From an uncultured archaeon (GTDB lineage: Archaea; Asgardarchaeota; Lokiarchaeia; Helarchaeales; HEL-GB-A), in assembly GCA_964353755.1 (NCBI GenBank), contig CAYGYC010000015.1:1-24000 (forward strand): a DNA stretch of 24,000 bases. The letters are read 5' to 3'. Both the position numbers and the translations under genes were made by a program. Below are positions 9,296 to 18,375 of this stretch, in pieces. The first letter of the stretch is position 1, and each line of letters begins with the position of its first letter. The notes under the pieces are model-generated. The model saw nothing but the letters and a program-made list of their open reading frames with translations. It had not been told where the DNA came from and ran no database searches.

Positions 9296-9533
9296 TTTTC
9301 TTCTTTCCTTTTAAGTTTTATTTGTTAAGTTGCTCATCTTTGTTGTCTACATTTATTGCTCATCTTATAATAACCCGTCCCCTCTTTCATAGGCTCTTCT
9401 TTCTGCTCTTGTTATTTATAACGGTATTTTTACAACCAAAAAGTTCTTTAAGAATAATAATTTTACCATTGGATATCAAACTTAAAAAGGAATAAACTTA
9501 GTGCCAGAAACGTTATTATAGGAGTGTATTTAA

Positions 9534-9941
9534 ATGAGTCTGCGTCCCGGTGGTGTAACTGGAATCGCCGTTCTCTTCTTAATCGCTGCAGCTATTTTTC
9601 TTGTACTCGGCGTTATTTGCGCCTTTGCAACAGCCACGGCAATGCTTTTCTGGTTTAATAATATTCACGGTCTCATTGCAGGATCGTTTATTGGTCCTTT
9701 CTATGTCGATCATCTCATGGACAATCTATTAAACCCTACTACCTGGGTCATTGCAGGGGTTATTTTCATCGGTATCGGCGCTGCTGACATTCTTACTTTC
9801 TTGGGATTGCTGAAATTAAAGAAATGGGGCTATTGGCTGTGCATTATTATCTCTATTCCGCTGATTATAGTGATCGTCGGCATAATCTTTATTTGGTACC
9901 TGCGTAAAGATGAAGTGAAAGCTGCTTTTGATATTAAATAA
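9534..9941 (+). CDS. small integral membrane protein (about 4 predicted TM helices), unknown function
   Basis: 135-aa ORF with four long hydrophobic stretches (IAVLFLIAAAIFLVLGVICAF, WVIAGVIFIGIGAADILTFLGLL, WLCIIISIPLIIVIVGIIFIW). It is GC-richer than its AT-rich flanks. Confidence 0.6.
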   Translation: MSLRPGGVTGIAVLFLIAAAIFLVLGVICAFATATAMLFWFNNIHGLIAGSFIGPFYVDHLMDNLLNPTTWVIAGVIFIGIGAADILTFLGLLKLKKWGYWLCIIISIPLIIVIVGIIFIWYLRKDEVKAAFDIK

Positions 9942-10081
9942 GAGGAGAACGATATAACTTCAACCCTTTTTTTTATTTTTTTTGCATTAACAAATAGCTT
10001 TTTTCCATCTTCAAAGTGTAAAACGAATAGAATAGAAAGAAGAAACGCAAATTAAATAGATATAAAAAGAGAGGAGACTAT

Positions 10082-10606
10082 TCAAACCATTAATTTAATT
10101 AAGGTTTCGATTTCTTTATCTTTTCGAAAGCCTAATTCGCCCTGATCGTGGACTGATCGTTTAATGGTCCGTTTAAATCCTCCCTTAGGAGGGGTAAGGC
10201 GAAAGACGGGTTTAATTTTATCAAAATCAGTCAAGTTCACTTCTAGAGTGGCCAGTGCTTGGGCAAAATCATCAATAGTCTCGTATTTTGTATATTTCTT
10301 CACCAGCGCATCAGTCAATTTAATGTTTCCTCTAAGGCGCCCACGTTTTTTAAGCAGCAAGGCAATGGTTTCAGCCCCCAGTTCGCCCCACGAAATATAA
10401 TCCTTAGCTTTTTGAAGCATACCTCGATAGCTCTCCCGGTCGTCAATGAAAACTAGGTGATTTTTCTTATGAAGTCTCAAAAATTGCATGGTCTCTTTGA
10501 TATTTTTTCGAACTCCTACACTACCTCTTATTCGAATAACGGCTAATCGTTTTGTTGGTGCCTCTGCACGTTTTTCTTCCACGGCTTTTGATGCCATATA
10601 ATCCAC
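10082..10606 (-). CDS. rpl30: 50S ribosomal protein uL30 (L7e type), inverted relative to the operon
   Basis: 174-aa minus-strand ORF containing LAVIRIRGSVGVRKNIKETMQFLRLHKKNHLVFIDD..YISWGE, the uL30 fold signature. Confidence 0.85.
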   Translation of the reverse strand: MDYMASKAVEEKRAEAPTKRLAVIRIRGSVGVRKNIKETMQFLRLHKKNHLVFIDDRESYRGMLQKAKDYISWGELGAETIALLLKKRGRLRGNIKLTDALVKKYTKYETIDDFAQALATLEVNLTDFDKIKPVFRLTPPKGGFKRTIKRSVHDQGELGFRKDKEIETLIKLMV

Positions 10607-10823
10607 TTGCTTTGGTGCTGTTTTGTGTATCGATAGGGAAGGAATAAACCCTCATAAATTTTTCTAATCATGCTTTCGAGCAGATAAATAAATTTAAATG
10701 TTATCTCTCATTTTCAAGATCAACTTTTATTTCCCCTTATAATCATTTCTTAAGATTAAAAGCAACTTTGATATCTAACTTTGAAAATAAAAGCGAAGAT
10801 ATTTAATAAAAAGGATCGATAAT

Positions 10824-11267
10824 ATGCCTACTTCAAAACATAAGTCAAGAAGGTTTAGAGGTTCTCGCACTTGTGGATTCGGCAGAGTGGGTCAACATCG
10901 GAAAGCGGGTAAACATGGTGGTAAAGGAAATGCCGGGTTACACAAATATGGCTGGAGCTATACTCTGAGACATAATCCTACCTATTTTGGAAAACATGGA
11001 TTTAATAGACCTCCACGCATGGTCCTTGAACAGCGACCCCTCAATCTCAATCAGATAGAGAGCATGCTTGATAAACTTTTAGCTAAAAAGGTTGCCACAG
11101 AAGAAGGAAAAAAGATTACGGTCAATCTTACCGAAATTGGAATTACCAAGGTTCTGGGCAGTGGAAAACTTTCTCGTCCACTAACTATTACCGCCCCCAG
11201 TTTCAGTAAAACAGCGATTGAAAAAATCGAAGCAGCCGGCGGTGCTGCCATAGTTCCTAGTGCATAA
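10824..11267 (+). CDS. rpl15: 50S ribosomal protein uL15
   Basis: 147-aa ORF containing RFRGSRTCGFGRVGQHRKAGKHGGKGNAGLHKY. Confidence 0.9.
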   Translation: MPTSKHKSRRFRGSRTCGFGRVGQHRKAGKHGGKGNAGLHKYGWSYTLRHNPTYFGKHGFNRPPRMVLEQRPLNLNQIESMLDKLLAKKVATEEGKKITVNLTEIGITKVLGSGKLSRPLTITAPSFSKTAIEKIEAAGGAAIVPSA

Positions 11268-11284
11268 GAGGCGACGTAAAACTA

Positions 11285-12829
11285 ATGACCAGCCGATTCT
11301 TGCGCGTCTTTTCTCCATTTGTGAAAATCATGCCGGAGGTTAAACCCCCCGAGCGTGAGGTCTCTTTTAAGGAGAAATTTGCCTGGACGGCTATTGTTTT
11401 AATTATTTACTTAATTATGAGCAATATCCCCCTTGCAGGGGTTCCGCGTGGGGAAGGAACCGATTATTTCTTTTGGTGGCGCGTCCTCCTCGCCAGTCAG
11501 CGCGGTACTCTCGCCGAACTGGGCATTGGGCCCATTGTGACTGCAGGACTTATCATGCAACTCCTGGCAGGCTCCCAAATTATTAAAGTGGATTTTTCAG
11601 ACCCCCAAGATCGTAGCCTGTTCACGGGCGTTCAAAAAGTACTGGCTGTAATTATGACTGTTATTCAGATTGTCGCCTACTTAGCCGCTGGTGCCTATGG
11701 AACTCTCGGTTTCGGTCAACAACTGGCCATTTTTGGCCAACTCTTTATTGCAGGAATTGTCATTATTCTCTTAGATGAACTGCTCCAGAAGGGATGGGGA
11801 CTCGGATCCGGGGTAAGCCTCTTTATTGCCTCAGGTGTTGCCATGCAAATCATCTGGCTCTGCTTTTCACCCTTCGGCGCAGAAGATGGCTTAATGATTG
11901 GCATTGTTATTGCGTTTTTCCAAATCATCACCGGATGGGGAAAGACACGGTCCTTTCAAATAACTGTAGGACCAGATCCGGGTGTTGATCGTTATTTTAC
12001 GGGCGTAAATAATTTCGGCTCAATATGGGACCGCCGCCCGGTCGTTCTCGAAACGGGCGGCACTCTGCCTGACATTAACCCGAATCTTCCCACTCTTATC
12101 GGCTTAATGACTACTATTATCATCGTTGTAATTGTCATTTTCTTGGAAACTGTCCGCGTGGAAATTCCCTTACAATATGCCCGCTACCGGGGCTTTAAAG
12201 GGAAGTATCCGATCAAGTTGCTGTACGTCTCAAATATCCCAGTAATTCTGGTACAAGCCCTCTATGCTAATGCCCTCTTTTTTGGGCAATTACTCTATAA
12301 TGCGTTTCCAACTAATCCATTCGTTCTTTTCTTCGCCAAGTTTACACCAATGGACCCTGGGGGAGGCGCAAGTGGGTGGCTCCAGCCGTCCCCTGGTTGT
12401 GTACTGTACTACCTCACGCCTCCTCGATCAATCCAAACCCTCCTTCAGGATCCTCTCCACGCCTTTATTTATATGATTATCCTCGTACTCCTATGTATTT
12501 GGTTCAGTAAGGTTTGGGTCGATGTGTCAGGTATCGCTCCGCGGGATATCTCGCACCAAATCCTCCAAGCGGGTCTAATGGTCCCTGGATTTCGTCCGAC
12601 GCCCCGAGTACTCGAACGCATCCTGGAGCGCTATATCCCGACGGTGACCACTATTGGAGCGATTGCGGTGGGCATCCTTGCCTCATTAGCGGATTTCATG
12701 GGGGCCCTAGGCACCGGGATGGGGATTTTGCTGACTGTAGGCATTATCTACCAATATTATCAGATTATTGCGCAAGAACAGATGGCATCTATGAACCCTG
12801 CTATACGCGGCTTACTTGGACTTGAGTAG
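11285..12829 (+). CDS. secY: preprotein translocase subunit SecY/Sec61alpha
   Basis: 514-aa polytopic membrane protein containing PEVKPPEREVSFKEKFAWT..ASQRGTLAELGIGPIVTAGLIMQLL..GKYPIKLLYVSNIPVIL. It looks longer than I would expect for an archaeal SecY, with an apparent extra loop around residues 217-272. That would need an alignment to confirm. Confidence 0.92.
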   Translation: MTSRFLRVFSPFVKIMPEVKPPEREVSFKEKFAWTAIVLIIYLIMSNIPLAGVPRGEGTDYFFWWRVLLASQRGTLAELGIGPIVTAGLIMQLLAGSQIIKVDFSDPQDRSLFTGVQKVLAVIMTVIQIVAYLAAGAYGTLGFGQQLAIFGQLFIAGIVIILLDELLQKGWGLGSGVSLFIASGVAMQIIWLCFSPFGAEDGLMIGIVIAFFQIITGWGKTRSFQITVGPDPGVDRYFTGVNNFGSIWDRRPVVLETGGTLPDINPNLPTLIGLMTTIIIVVIVIFLETVRVEIPLQYARYRGFKGKYPIKLLYVSNIPVILVQALYANALFFGQLLYNAFPTNPFVLFFAKFTPMDPGGGASGWLQPSPGCVLYYLTPPRSIQTLLQDPLHAFIYMIILVLLCIWFSKVWVDVSGIAPRDISHQILQAGLMVPGFRPTPRVLERILERYIPTVTTIGAIAVGILASLADFMGALGTGMGILLTVGIIYQYYQIIAQEQMASMNPAIRGLLGLE

Positions 12830-13068
12830 CACGGATAAAGGATCAAAAGAAGACCCAGAATTGAGCCCATCCCTATCCCTAATCATACTCCGCAGTATAA
12901 CTAGATTTTTAAAAAAAATGTATTAAAACCCAATTTTTTGTTAAGGGATCAAGCTAGGGATTCTAAGAAAATTTTTTATAGCGAAGAAAGATCGAATAAA
13001 TTAAATTGCCGATAATAAGTGAAAAAATTAGAAAAGAATGCCAGCAAAAAAAAGGATGATGAAGAAAA

Positions 13069-13356
13069 ATGCCAGCGCGACGGTATAGATCACGAAGTAA
13101 AAAGCAGAAGAACATTATAACACCAGGAAAGATTTCAAAAATTCATTATAGTAGCCCTCGAACCAGCCCGAAGATATGTGCAGGTTGTGGTGGTCCTATA
13201 AATTCTATTGCGCGAGTACGTGGCCTTGCCTTTCATAGATTGAGCAAACTGAAGCGGCGCCCCAATCGTATGTATGGAGGCTTCTATTGTCCCTCCTGCT
13301 TAGATAAAAAAATAAAAACAGCGGTTAGAAAATTTTCTGAAGAACCAAAAGAATAG
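13069..13356 (+). CDS. rpl34e: 50S ribosomal protein eL34
   Basis: 95-aa ORF containing RRYRSRSKKQKNIITPGK and two Cys pairs, CAGCGGPI and CPSC. Confidence 0.85.
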   Translation: MPARRYRSRSKKQKNIITPGKISKIHYSSPRTSPKICAGCGGPINSIARVRGLAFHRLSKLKRRPNRMYGGFYCPSCLDKKIKTAVRKFSEEPKE

Positions 13357-13389
13357 GGTTTGCTCAGTTTTTCATAAAAGGTTTGAATC

Positions 13390-13935
13390 ATGATTATCAC
13401 AATTTCAGGATTCCATGGCACGGGTAAGACCAGCGTCGCGAAAGCAATTGCCAAAGAATTTAAACTACGGTACATTTCCGCAGGCACCTTATTTCGTCAA
13501 ATGGCAAAAGATCATGAAATGACATTGACAGAGTTCAGTCAATATGTAACCGAAAATCCAGAAATAGATCGGGAAATTGATGGCAAAAATTTGGAAGAAT
13601 CTAAAAAGGGAAATGTAGTTCTCGAAGGCTTGCTGGTGGCATGGATAACGAAAGAGATTCAGGGCATTAATATTCTGCTCATTGCAGATGAACCAGTTCG
13701 GATTGAGCGTATTTCACGCCGTGAAAATCGCCCGTATGAGGAAGTCAAAATCGAGACTTTAACTCGTGAAAAAATTGAAATTGACAGATTTAAGAATCTA
13801 TATGGCATTGATTTAAATGATTACGCGATATATGATATCGTACTCAACACTAAATTATGGACTGAAAAAGCGGTAATTCGCATTGTCACGATGTTGATAA
13901 ACGAACACCTGAAGTCCATTCAAAAAACGGATTAA
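13390..13935 (+). CDS. cmk: cytidylate (CMP) kinase, archaeal type
   Basis: P-loop [23 protein letters not shown]. Size of 181 aa and the conserved position between eL34 and eL14. Confidence 0.8.
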   Translation: MIITISGFHGTGKTSVAKAIAKEFKLRYISAGTLFRQMAKDHEMTLTEFSQYVTENPEIDREIDGKNLEESKKGNVVLEGLLVAWITKEIQGINILLIADEPVRIERISRRENRPYEEVKIETLTREKIEIDRFKNLYGIDLNDYAIYDIVLNTKLWTEKAVIRIVTMLINEHLKSIQKTD

Positions 13936-13966
13936 TTCAAAGTTAAATGTTAGGAGATGTGAAAAT

Positions 13967-14245
13967 ATGCCAGCAATGGAAATTGGAAGGATTTGTGTCA
14001 AGACCGCAGGACGCGAAGCGGGTCACAAATGTGTGATTGTTGATATGATAGATAAGAATTTCGTATTAATTACCGGTCCGAAAAGTATTAATAAACTTAA
14101 GCGCAGGCGTGCAAATATTAAGCAGTTGGAACCGACTAACGAAAAGATCGAAATCGAAAAAGGTGCAGATGACAAAAAGGTTGAACAACAAATCGATTCT
14201 GCAGGAAAACGGGAATTTATTCAAGAATCCCTTAAAATTAAATAA
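13967..14245 (+). CDS. rpl14e: 50S ribosomal protein eL14
   Basis: KOW-like N-terminus [34 protein letters not shown]. 92 aa. Confidence 0.8.
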   Translation: MPAMEIGRICVKTAGREAGHKCVIVDMIDKNFVLITGPKSINKLKRRRANIKQLEPTNEKIEIEKGADDKKVEQQIDSAGKREFIQESLKIK

Positions 14246-14276
14246 TCTTTTTTATTTTTACAGGTAGATTTTTTAA

Positions 14277-15326
14277 ATGGATCAATCCCAAGCTACCCTA
14301 CCATGCGATAAAGTTCGTGAGATTCTTATTAAATCTGAAGACACCACGAATCCGCAATTCGGTCTAAATCCAAATCAACGTCCTATCGAAGAACTTTTCA
14401 ATTATGGTATTGTTAATCTCAATAAACCTGCAGGTCCCACCTCCCATGAAATAACCGCTTGGGTAAAAAAAATATTACATATTGACAAAGCAGGGCATTC
14501 CGGCACCCTAGACCCCGGGGTAACGGGTATTTTACCAGTGGCGTTAGGTCGTGCTACCAAAATCCTGAATTCCCTTCTTACCGCAGGGAAAGAATATGTT
14601 TGCATCATGCATCTTCACAATTCTGCCACGAAAGACCAAGTTCTTACCACTATCAAAGAATTTATTGGACCCATCTACCAGAAGCCGCCTGTCCGCTCTT
14701 CGGTTAAACGCCAATTGCGAATTCGCCATATCTACTATCTAAACGTGCTAGAATACCTTGATAACGACATTTTATTCCAAGTCGGTTGCGAAGCGGGCAC
14801 GTATATCCGAAAACTGTGTTATGATATTGGGGAAGCCGTCGGGTCAGGCGCCCACATGCGAGAACTCCGCCGGACGCGGGTCGCGACTTTTCGCGAGGAT
14901 GAAACCCATGTCAGTCTCCATGATTTGCTCGATGCCTATACTTTCTGGCAAGAGCAAGGAGAACAGAAATATTTACGTAAATGTATTCAACCCATTGAAT
15001 TTGCCATGCGCCAATTCCCCAAAATTTATGTGCGCGATTCAGCCATCGATGCGATCTGCCATGGCGCTAGTTTAACAGCCCCTGGGATCCTGAAAGTGAG
15101 TACGGGCATTCAACCCAAGACGGAAGTCGCCATTCTCTCCTTGAAAGAGGAACTGATTGCTACGGGCGTGTCCCTCTCGACCAGTAACCAAATAATTGAA
15201 GCCGACCACGGGATTATTGTCCGCGTTGATGCCGTCCTCATGAAGCCCGATACCTATCCGCCGTGGTGGAGCTATAAAAAGAATCGCGAAAAAAAACCTG
15301 AACCCTCCGGCGCCAGCCATGACTGA
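14277..15326 (+). CDS. cbf5: H/ACA RNP pseudouridine synthase Cbf5 (TruB family, with PUA domain)
   Basis: Contains GIVNLNKPAGPTSHEITAWVKKIL and the catalytic-Asp motif HSGTLDPGVTGILPV. The C-terminal part is PUA-like (IYVRDSAIDAICHGASLTAPGI). The ORF is uninterrupted, so this cbf5 has no intron. Confidence 0.9.
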   Translation: MDQSQATLPCDKVREILIKSEDTTNPQFGLNPNQRPIEELFNYGIVNLNKPAGPTSHEITAWVKKILHIDKAGHSGTLDPGVTGILPVALGRATKILNSLLTAGKEYVCIMHLHNSATKDQVLTTIKEFIGPIYQKPPVRSSVKRQLRIRHIYYLNVLEYLDNDILFQVGCEAGTYIRKLCYDIGEAVGSGAHMRELRRTRVATFREDETHVSLHDLLDAYTFWQEQGEQKYLRKCIQPIEFAMRQFPKIYVRDSAIDAICHGASLTAPGILKVSTGIQPKTEVAILSLKEELIATGVSLSTSNQIIEADHGIIVRVDAVLMKPDTYPPWWSYKKNREKKPEPSGASHD

Positions 15327-15948
15327 ACATTACTATACGGAACTGCCCTCTTCTGATATTGAAATTTTTACCATTTCCCCGTTCATTCGGACTCGAAAGT
15401 ATCAATTCAAAACTTGTACTGGCGTGTTCTCGTATAAAAAGGTGGATAGAGGCACCAGTCTTCTCTTCAAATATATGCAGATTCCTGATAACGCCGCCCG
15501 GGTCCTTGATATGGGCACCGGATATGGTATTATCGGCATTGTGGTGGCTAGCGAATTCCCTCAGGTGAAGGTAACCATGATTGATATCAACCAACGCGCA
15601 GTGTGGATGGCACGAGAAAACTTAAAGCTCAACCATATTTCAAACGCAAAAGTCTATTGGGGGGATTTCTACGCGCCTATTAAAAAAGAACTCGAACAAT
15701 TCGACATTATTTTGACTAATCCGCCGCTCGCTATAGGACATAAACCCATCTTACATTTTATCGCCGAGACCCTAAACTATCTCACCTTGCAGGGGTTTCT
15801 CTATCTCGTTGTTCGCACCCGACAAGGCGCCCAAAAAATATCTGCCCAGATGAAGGCCATCTTTGACAATGTTGAACTCCTTAGCATTCAGGGCGGCTAT
15901 CGCCTCTTCCGATCGCAAAAAAATTCACCATCAAAAAATATAAAATAG
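15319..15948 (+). CDS. class I SAM-dependent methyltransferase (RsmC/RsmD-like small-domain family)
   Basis: Motif I VLDMGTGYGIIGI and motif IV ILTNPPL. Its start overlaps the cbf5 stop by 8 nt. Confidence 0.7.
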   Translation: MTEHYYTELPSSDIEIFTISPFIRTRKYQFKTCTGVFSYKKVDRGTSLLFKYMQIPDNAARVLDMGTGYGIIGIVVASEFPQVKVTMIDINQRAVWMARENLKLNHISNAKVYWGDFYAPIKKELEQFDIILTNPPLAIGHKPILHFIAETLNYLTLQGFLYLVVRTRQGAQKISAQMKAIFDNVELLSIQGGYRLFRSQKNSPSKNIK

Positions 15949-16001
15949 TATAACTCTTACAATGTTTAAAAAAAAATATTTAGCTCCCAAAAGAAAAGTA
16001 A

Positions 16002-16085
16002 GCCGAGATAGCCAAGTGGTACGGCGCAGGCCTGGAGAGCCTGTGCGAGACTTCTCGCTCGAGGGTTCGAATCCCTCTCTCGGCG
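16002..16085 (+). tRNA. tRNA-Ser (anticodon GGA), class II with long variable arm
   Basis: Hand-folded. Acceptor stem is GCCGAGA/TCTCGGC with discriminator G. D stem is GCC/GGC. Anticodon stem is CAGGC/GCCTG with loop CT-GGA-GA. The variable arm is GCGAG-ACTT-CTCGC. T arm is GAGGG-TTCGAAT-CCCTC. No CCA is encoded. Confidence 0.93.
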
Positions 16086-16306
16086 TGTTATTCATATTCT
16101 TTTTAAAGTATCTTTGGGATTTTTCAGTAAAATCGAGTATGCGTCCCAATTATATCCATTCCTAAATAATTCAACCCAAATTCCCTTTTCCCTACTTAAA
16201 TTTTTCCACAATCTTTATAGGTTTTTTACTTGTATTGATTTCATCAAAAAATTTTAAAGGATAAAAAATTTTTAAGAAGTGAAATCATTTCCTTTCAGGG
16301 ATAATT

Positions 16307-16615
16307 ATGGTGCAAAAAGCGAGAATCCGATTAGCCTCTACAAACCCCACGAAATTACAGGAAATTTGCGATCAAGTCAAGCGAATAGTTGAACGGACGG
16401 GGGTGCATATTTCAGGACCAGTTCCGCTCCCGACGAAACATTTGCGCGTGCCTACCCGCATGTCACCCTGTGGCGAAGGGACTAAAACCTGGGATCATTA
16501 CGAAATGCGCATCCATAAACGGCTCATCGATATCGACGCGGATGAACGGACGATGCGGCAAGTCATGCGCATTCGCGTCCCGGATGACGTGTATATCGAA
16601 ATCGAATTAAAATAG
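16307..16615 (+). CDS. rps10: 30S ribosomal protein uS10
   Basis: 102-aa ORF containing [55 protein letters not shown]. Confidence 0.9.
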   Translation: MVQKARIRLASTNPTKLQEICDQVKRIVERTGVHISGPVPLPTKHLRVPTRMSPCGEGTKTWDHYEMRIHKRLIDIDADERTMRQVMRIRVPDDVYIEIELK

Positions 16616-16653
16616 ACGCAATTCATACTTCTTTTAATTTTCTCTTAATAAAT

Positions 16654-16684
16654 GCTGCTTTAATGCAGCGCATTCGATGTTTTT
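16654..16684 (+). terminator. hairpin plus T5 tract after rps10 (candidate terminator)
   Basis: GCTGC (16654-16658) pairs with GCAGC (16665-16669) around a 6-nt loop. A T5 run lies at 16680-16684, about 40-70 nt after the S10 stop. Confidence 0.3.
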
Positions 16685-16755
16685 CGTTGTAGAATTATTT
16701 ACCTAAATTCCCCACTCTAGCCTGCTTGGTTTGCTGGCTGCATTAGGTTGGGGGC

Positions 16756-17781
16756 TTATAATGCTCCAATAGAAAAATTATTTCTATCTATGATTTCAAT
16801 TTCTTTGAGGTTCGAATTGCAACTAGGACATTTTCCTTTAATTTTTACCCATTCCAGAAGATGTTCTCTATGTGCCATATTATGACATAGGGGGCATGTT
16901 CTTAGTTCTTCAAATTCATTGATTGATAAATGACATACACCACAAATACCCACAATTTTCTTACTATTGATATAAACAAAAGACTGCTCTGCTTGTTCAT
17001 GAGAGGAGTAAGAGGAATGGTCACCTTCAATTGGACTTTTCTCAAGTCCTGATTTGCAAGGTTCATCTAAAGAAAAGCATTGACAATTCCCACATAATTT
17101 TACATTTTTTAGTCCATTTTGCAAAATTGTTCTTTTCAGTTTCTTGTCAATTAAATAATAATCTGAATTTAAATATCCCAGCAAGGTAAATTCAATATCC
17201 TGAATGGTTCGTATTATACAATCCTTATGCCAAAGGCCATTAGAGAAAATATAAGTGGGAATAAAATAGAAAATCATACTATGCAGAATTTCACACGCAA
17301 CCCTGCGTACCTCAGGATTTCGATCTATTAGGCAATATATAATTCTGTGCATATATGAAGTTGCATCAAAATTTTCACCAAATTTAATTTTTTCCCACGA
17401 ATTCAAGATTTCTAATAAACTTTTTTTCCGTATTTTAGCCCGTGGGTCTCGTAATTTCACAAGAATCGGAGGGCCCTTCAAAAGGGGATCAACAAAACCT
17501 AAACAGACATAAAAAAGCCCATATTTTCGAATTTTTAAGAGTAAATAAATGTTTAAAGGAAAAAAAACTATCGTAAATCCCAGTGGAAATGGAAATAAAT
17601 ACCATCTTTGTTGAATTATATACATTATAATCGCCCATAGAAAATAACCAATTAATATTGAACAAATTATTTGATAAGAAACAAAAACTAAAACTGGATG
17701 TTGTACCTTATCCGCATTGCTAGTTATTTTTATCTCATTTCTTTTAATTCCATTAATAATTTGATAGGGCATGCTATTCAC
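16756..17781 (-). CDS. membrane-anchored protein with C-terminal RING-H2-like zinc finger
   Basis: 341-aa ORF. The N-terminus has ~3 hydrophobic helices (LVFVSYQIICSILIGYFLWAIIMYII, LFPFPLGFTIVFFPLNIYLLL). The middle has a HEAT-like segment (DRNPEVRRVACEILHSM). The C-terminus is CGVC-x12-CPLCH-x3-H-x2-H-LLEW-x6-CPSC. This follows RING cross-brace spacing, including the W and CPxC hallmarks. Confidence 0.55.
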   Translation of the reverse strand: MNSMPYQIINGIKRNEIKITSNADKVQHPVLVFVSYQIICSILIGYFLWAIIMYIIQQRWYLFPFPLGFTIVFFPLNIYLLLKIRKYGLFYVCLGFVDPLLKGPPILVKLRDPRAKIRKKSLLEILNSWEKIKFGENFDATSYMHRIIYCLIDRNPEVRRVACEILHSMIFYFIPTYIFSNGLWHKDCIIRTIQDIEFTLLGYLNSDYYLIDKKLKRTILQNGLKNVKLCGNCQCFSLDEPCKSGLEKSPIEGDHSSYSSHEQAEQSFVYINSKKIVGICGVCHLSINEFEELRTCPLCHNMAHREHLLEWVKIKGKCPSCNSNLKEIEIIDRNNFSIGAL

Positions 17782-17926
17782 TCTCGTTCACTAACAAAAT
17801 AGGAGTTGATTCAAAATAAACTCAGTCCATATGTTTCATATGTATTAAAATAAGCAAACCAAAAATAGAGAATTCGGTCCTTTTATTATGAATGAGCATT
17901 AATTACATTTGTATCCAATGATATGT

Positions 17927-18233
17927 TCATAGTTTTCCGCGCATCCAATTGACGATTTCGATAGCATCTTTCATCTCTTTAAAAGTCGGGTGATTAGTCC
18001 ATACACCTTTCGTTTCCTTCATAATTTTTTCCCAATCCATATCCAATTTTTCCGCGACAATTCTTCCATTCTCATATGAAATTTCCAATATATCACCTAC
18101 TGCAAGCTTCGTCTTTTTACGAATATCTTCTGGAATAGTAATTTGGTGCCTTCGGTCGACTTTCGTTTTTTTTCCCCAGTTTGAAAATTCGAAGCGATTT
18201 TTTCGTCGATACTTTTTCTTAAAAGGTCTTCAT
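17927..18233 (-). pseudogene. decayed AbrB/SpoVT-type (antitoxin-like) gene
   Basis: Not in the ORF track. The minus-strand frame reads TKVDRRHQITIPEDIRKKTKLAVGDILEISYENGRIVAEKLDMDWEKIMKETKGVWTNHPTFKEMKDAIEIVNWMRGKL-stop (stop at 17927-17929). It has no in-frame start codon. The only upstream ATG (18233-18231) gives MKTF-TAA, then needs a frameshift in an A8 run (18166-18173) to join. Confidence 0.5.
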
Positions 18234-18375
18234 AAATGTTTTTGCGGATTTTCCTCCTAGGAGAACCGTGAATTTACTATGTAACATTAAATTTACAAAT
18301 TCTCTAGGGTGCTGCGAGAGCATAACAGATTCTGAAACCATAATCCTTAAATATAGGATAGCCTCACTTATATCT

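Noticed and set aside
9277-9495. 72-aa ORF after rps5 (FFFPFKFYLLSCSSLL...).
   Set aside because: It is a translation of a T-rich intergenic spacer, overlaps the rps5 end and has no recognisable features. The region is more likely terminator/promoter DNA.
12830-13068. Absence of adk and the usual small membrane-protein gene between secY and rpl34e.
   Set aside because: This is a gene-order variation that cannot be interpreted from one window. No remnant coding signal is visible in the 239-bp spacer.
13039-13089. Duplicated ATGCCAGC start context (ATG at 13039 and at 13069) and a C-box-like GAUGAUGA at 13055-13062. Similar RUGAUGA strings occur at 5147-5157 and 3489-3495.
   Set aside because: The upstream ATG opens only a 16-codon out-of-frame ORF. 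No properly spaced D box (CUGA) or C'/D' motifs follow any of the C-box-like strings, so there is no support for C/D sRNAs.
15931-16165. ORFs 15931..16149 (-) and 15962..16165 (+).
   Set aside because: Both run through the well-folded tRNA-Ser(GGA) gene at 16002-16085.
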